Shown here: piece by piece, positions 62,831 to 64,000 of the stretch
Layout: the number at the start of each line of letters is the position of its first letter
How positions within the stretch are numbered: the first letter of the stretch is position 1
Assembly: GCA_951406725.2 (NCBI GenBank)
Contig: OX597836.1
Coordinates: 29,760,001 to 29,824,000, forward strand
Source: Octopus vulgaris
Lineage: Eukaryota
Reading direction: 5' to 3'
DNA: 64,000 nt
Position numbers and translations under genes: made by a program
The notes under the pieces: generated by a model
Told to the model about the DNA's origin: nothing
Databases searched by the model: none
Seen by the model: the letters and a program-made list of their open reading frames with translations, nothing else

Positions 62831-64000
62831 AAGGAAATATAGAAGTCAATTGGAGGAGCCTTTTTTTTTCTTTTTTCAATCTGCTATCCAGTTTAACATC
62901 ACCACCTGGTCCTTGGGGTCATTTAAGTGGGAGTCACTCTATTCCAGTCAGATGCTTATACTTTTTTTTTTTTCCTATCTGACATCAAGACTTAAAAAGA
63001 TTATGGGTGTGGCACTTCCTCTTTTGACTAAATACTTAAAAAAAAAAATCAATGATTAAAGGTATTTTCTCTCTCCTTTTTTTTATGTAATGTATTTAGG
63101 AACGAATCCTTCCCTCTAAGATATGGGTGTGATATAATTGATATAAAGGCTGCTGTTTTCGCAGGTTGAGGAACTTAAGAGTTGTTGTTACCTTGAAGTT
63201 GACCTTGATTTAAAACAGACCTATGATCAAAAAGCATTTCAGCTGTAACATATTGCTTTTATTTCATAACTACTATACACGTAGGACTCCATTATTCAGT
63301 GTGTTGTTTGTATTTTTTTTTTTTTTGTTTAAGGTTGTTAGGTGTGATATGAGGGAGATATAGTTGTCACTAGTTACAGAAGGAATGTCATCCATGGATT
63401 ATGTAAACCATGGCTATATGTTGACTATTTCAGGCAGTTCATTGTTAAAAATGAGATGAGAAACAGACTTTACTTTTCACATGATGATATGTGGAATAGA
63501 AAAAAACCTGATTGCATTAATTTCATTGGGAAACTTCATAGGCAATCTGACTGAAAGATTTACCAAGATGATAATGCTTAAATGAAACAGTATTATCTAA
63601 GGAAACTAGAGAGTGTTTGTTTTAGACAAGTAGAAATGGTTACAAAGTGGAAAAAAAATATGTTACTGTGAAGAGGAAAAGTATTGTATGGCAAGCCTCT
63701 CAATTTGAGACAAATGAATTGTCCACATGCTCTCTCTCTCTCTCTGACACACGTGTGTGTGAGAGAAAGCGTGTGGGTACTACTGGAAATTTTAGATTTT
63801 TTTTCTTCTTCACAGCAAGCTAATTATGGTGCGTGAAATACATAGAAATACTTTGTGATTTGTTTGTTCTTACTATTTGCCAACATGGATCGTCTCTAAT
63901 ATCTTCTGCTTCCATTGCTTCACTTGCAATAATTTAGAATGCCACCAGGAAGGTCTTAATGCTTTGACCAAGACCTGTTATTGATGAGGGATACCTCACA

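Noticed and set aside
63781-63850. Strong acceptor TTCTTCTTCACAG as the next ZFAND exon
   Set aside because: The phase-1 reading hits TAA after two codons; no AN1 motif found downstream in the window

Overview
AT-rich, repeat-dense eukaryotic DNA. The SINE/LINE families and (TA)n/(CA)n load match my recollection of Octopus (coleoid cephalopod) genomes; this is an inference, not a database result. Only one host coding exon is recognisable: the first coding exon (A20 zinc finger) of a ZFAND5/6-like gene at 50982-51212 (+). A candidate promoter and non-coding exon 1 lie ~23 kb upstream (CCAAT, GTCACATGAC, TATA, splice donor at 27707). I could not find the AN1 exons in the window. The rest is transposon-derived: three tRNA-derived SINE families, RTE, CR1/L2 and R4/Dong-type LINE fragments, mariner/Tc1 and hAT fossils, TTAA-flanked piggyBac-like MITEs and palindromic elements, often nested. 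The most notable items are a ~525-bp-arm intronic inverted duplication (57.5-58.7 kb), a tRNA-Lys 5'-half fused to a retroposon tail (1136-1238), and two RTE 5' leaders with HDV-like ribozyme or structured-RNA features. Repeat boundaries are approximate. Almost all ORFs in the track are spurious microsatellite or repeat translations.
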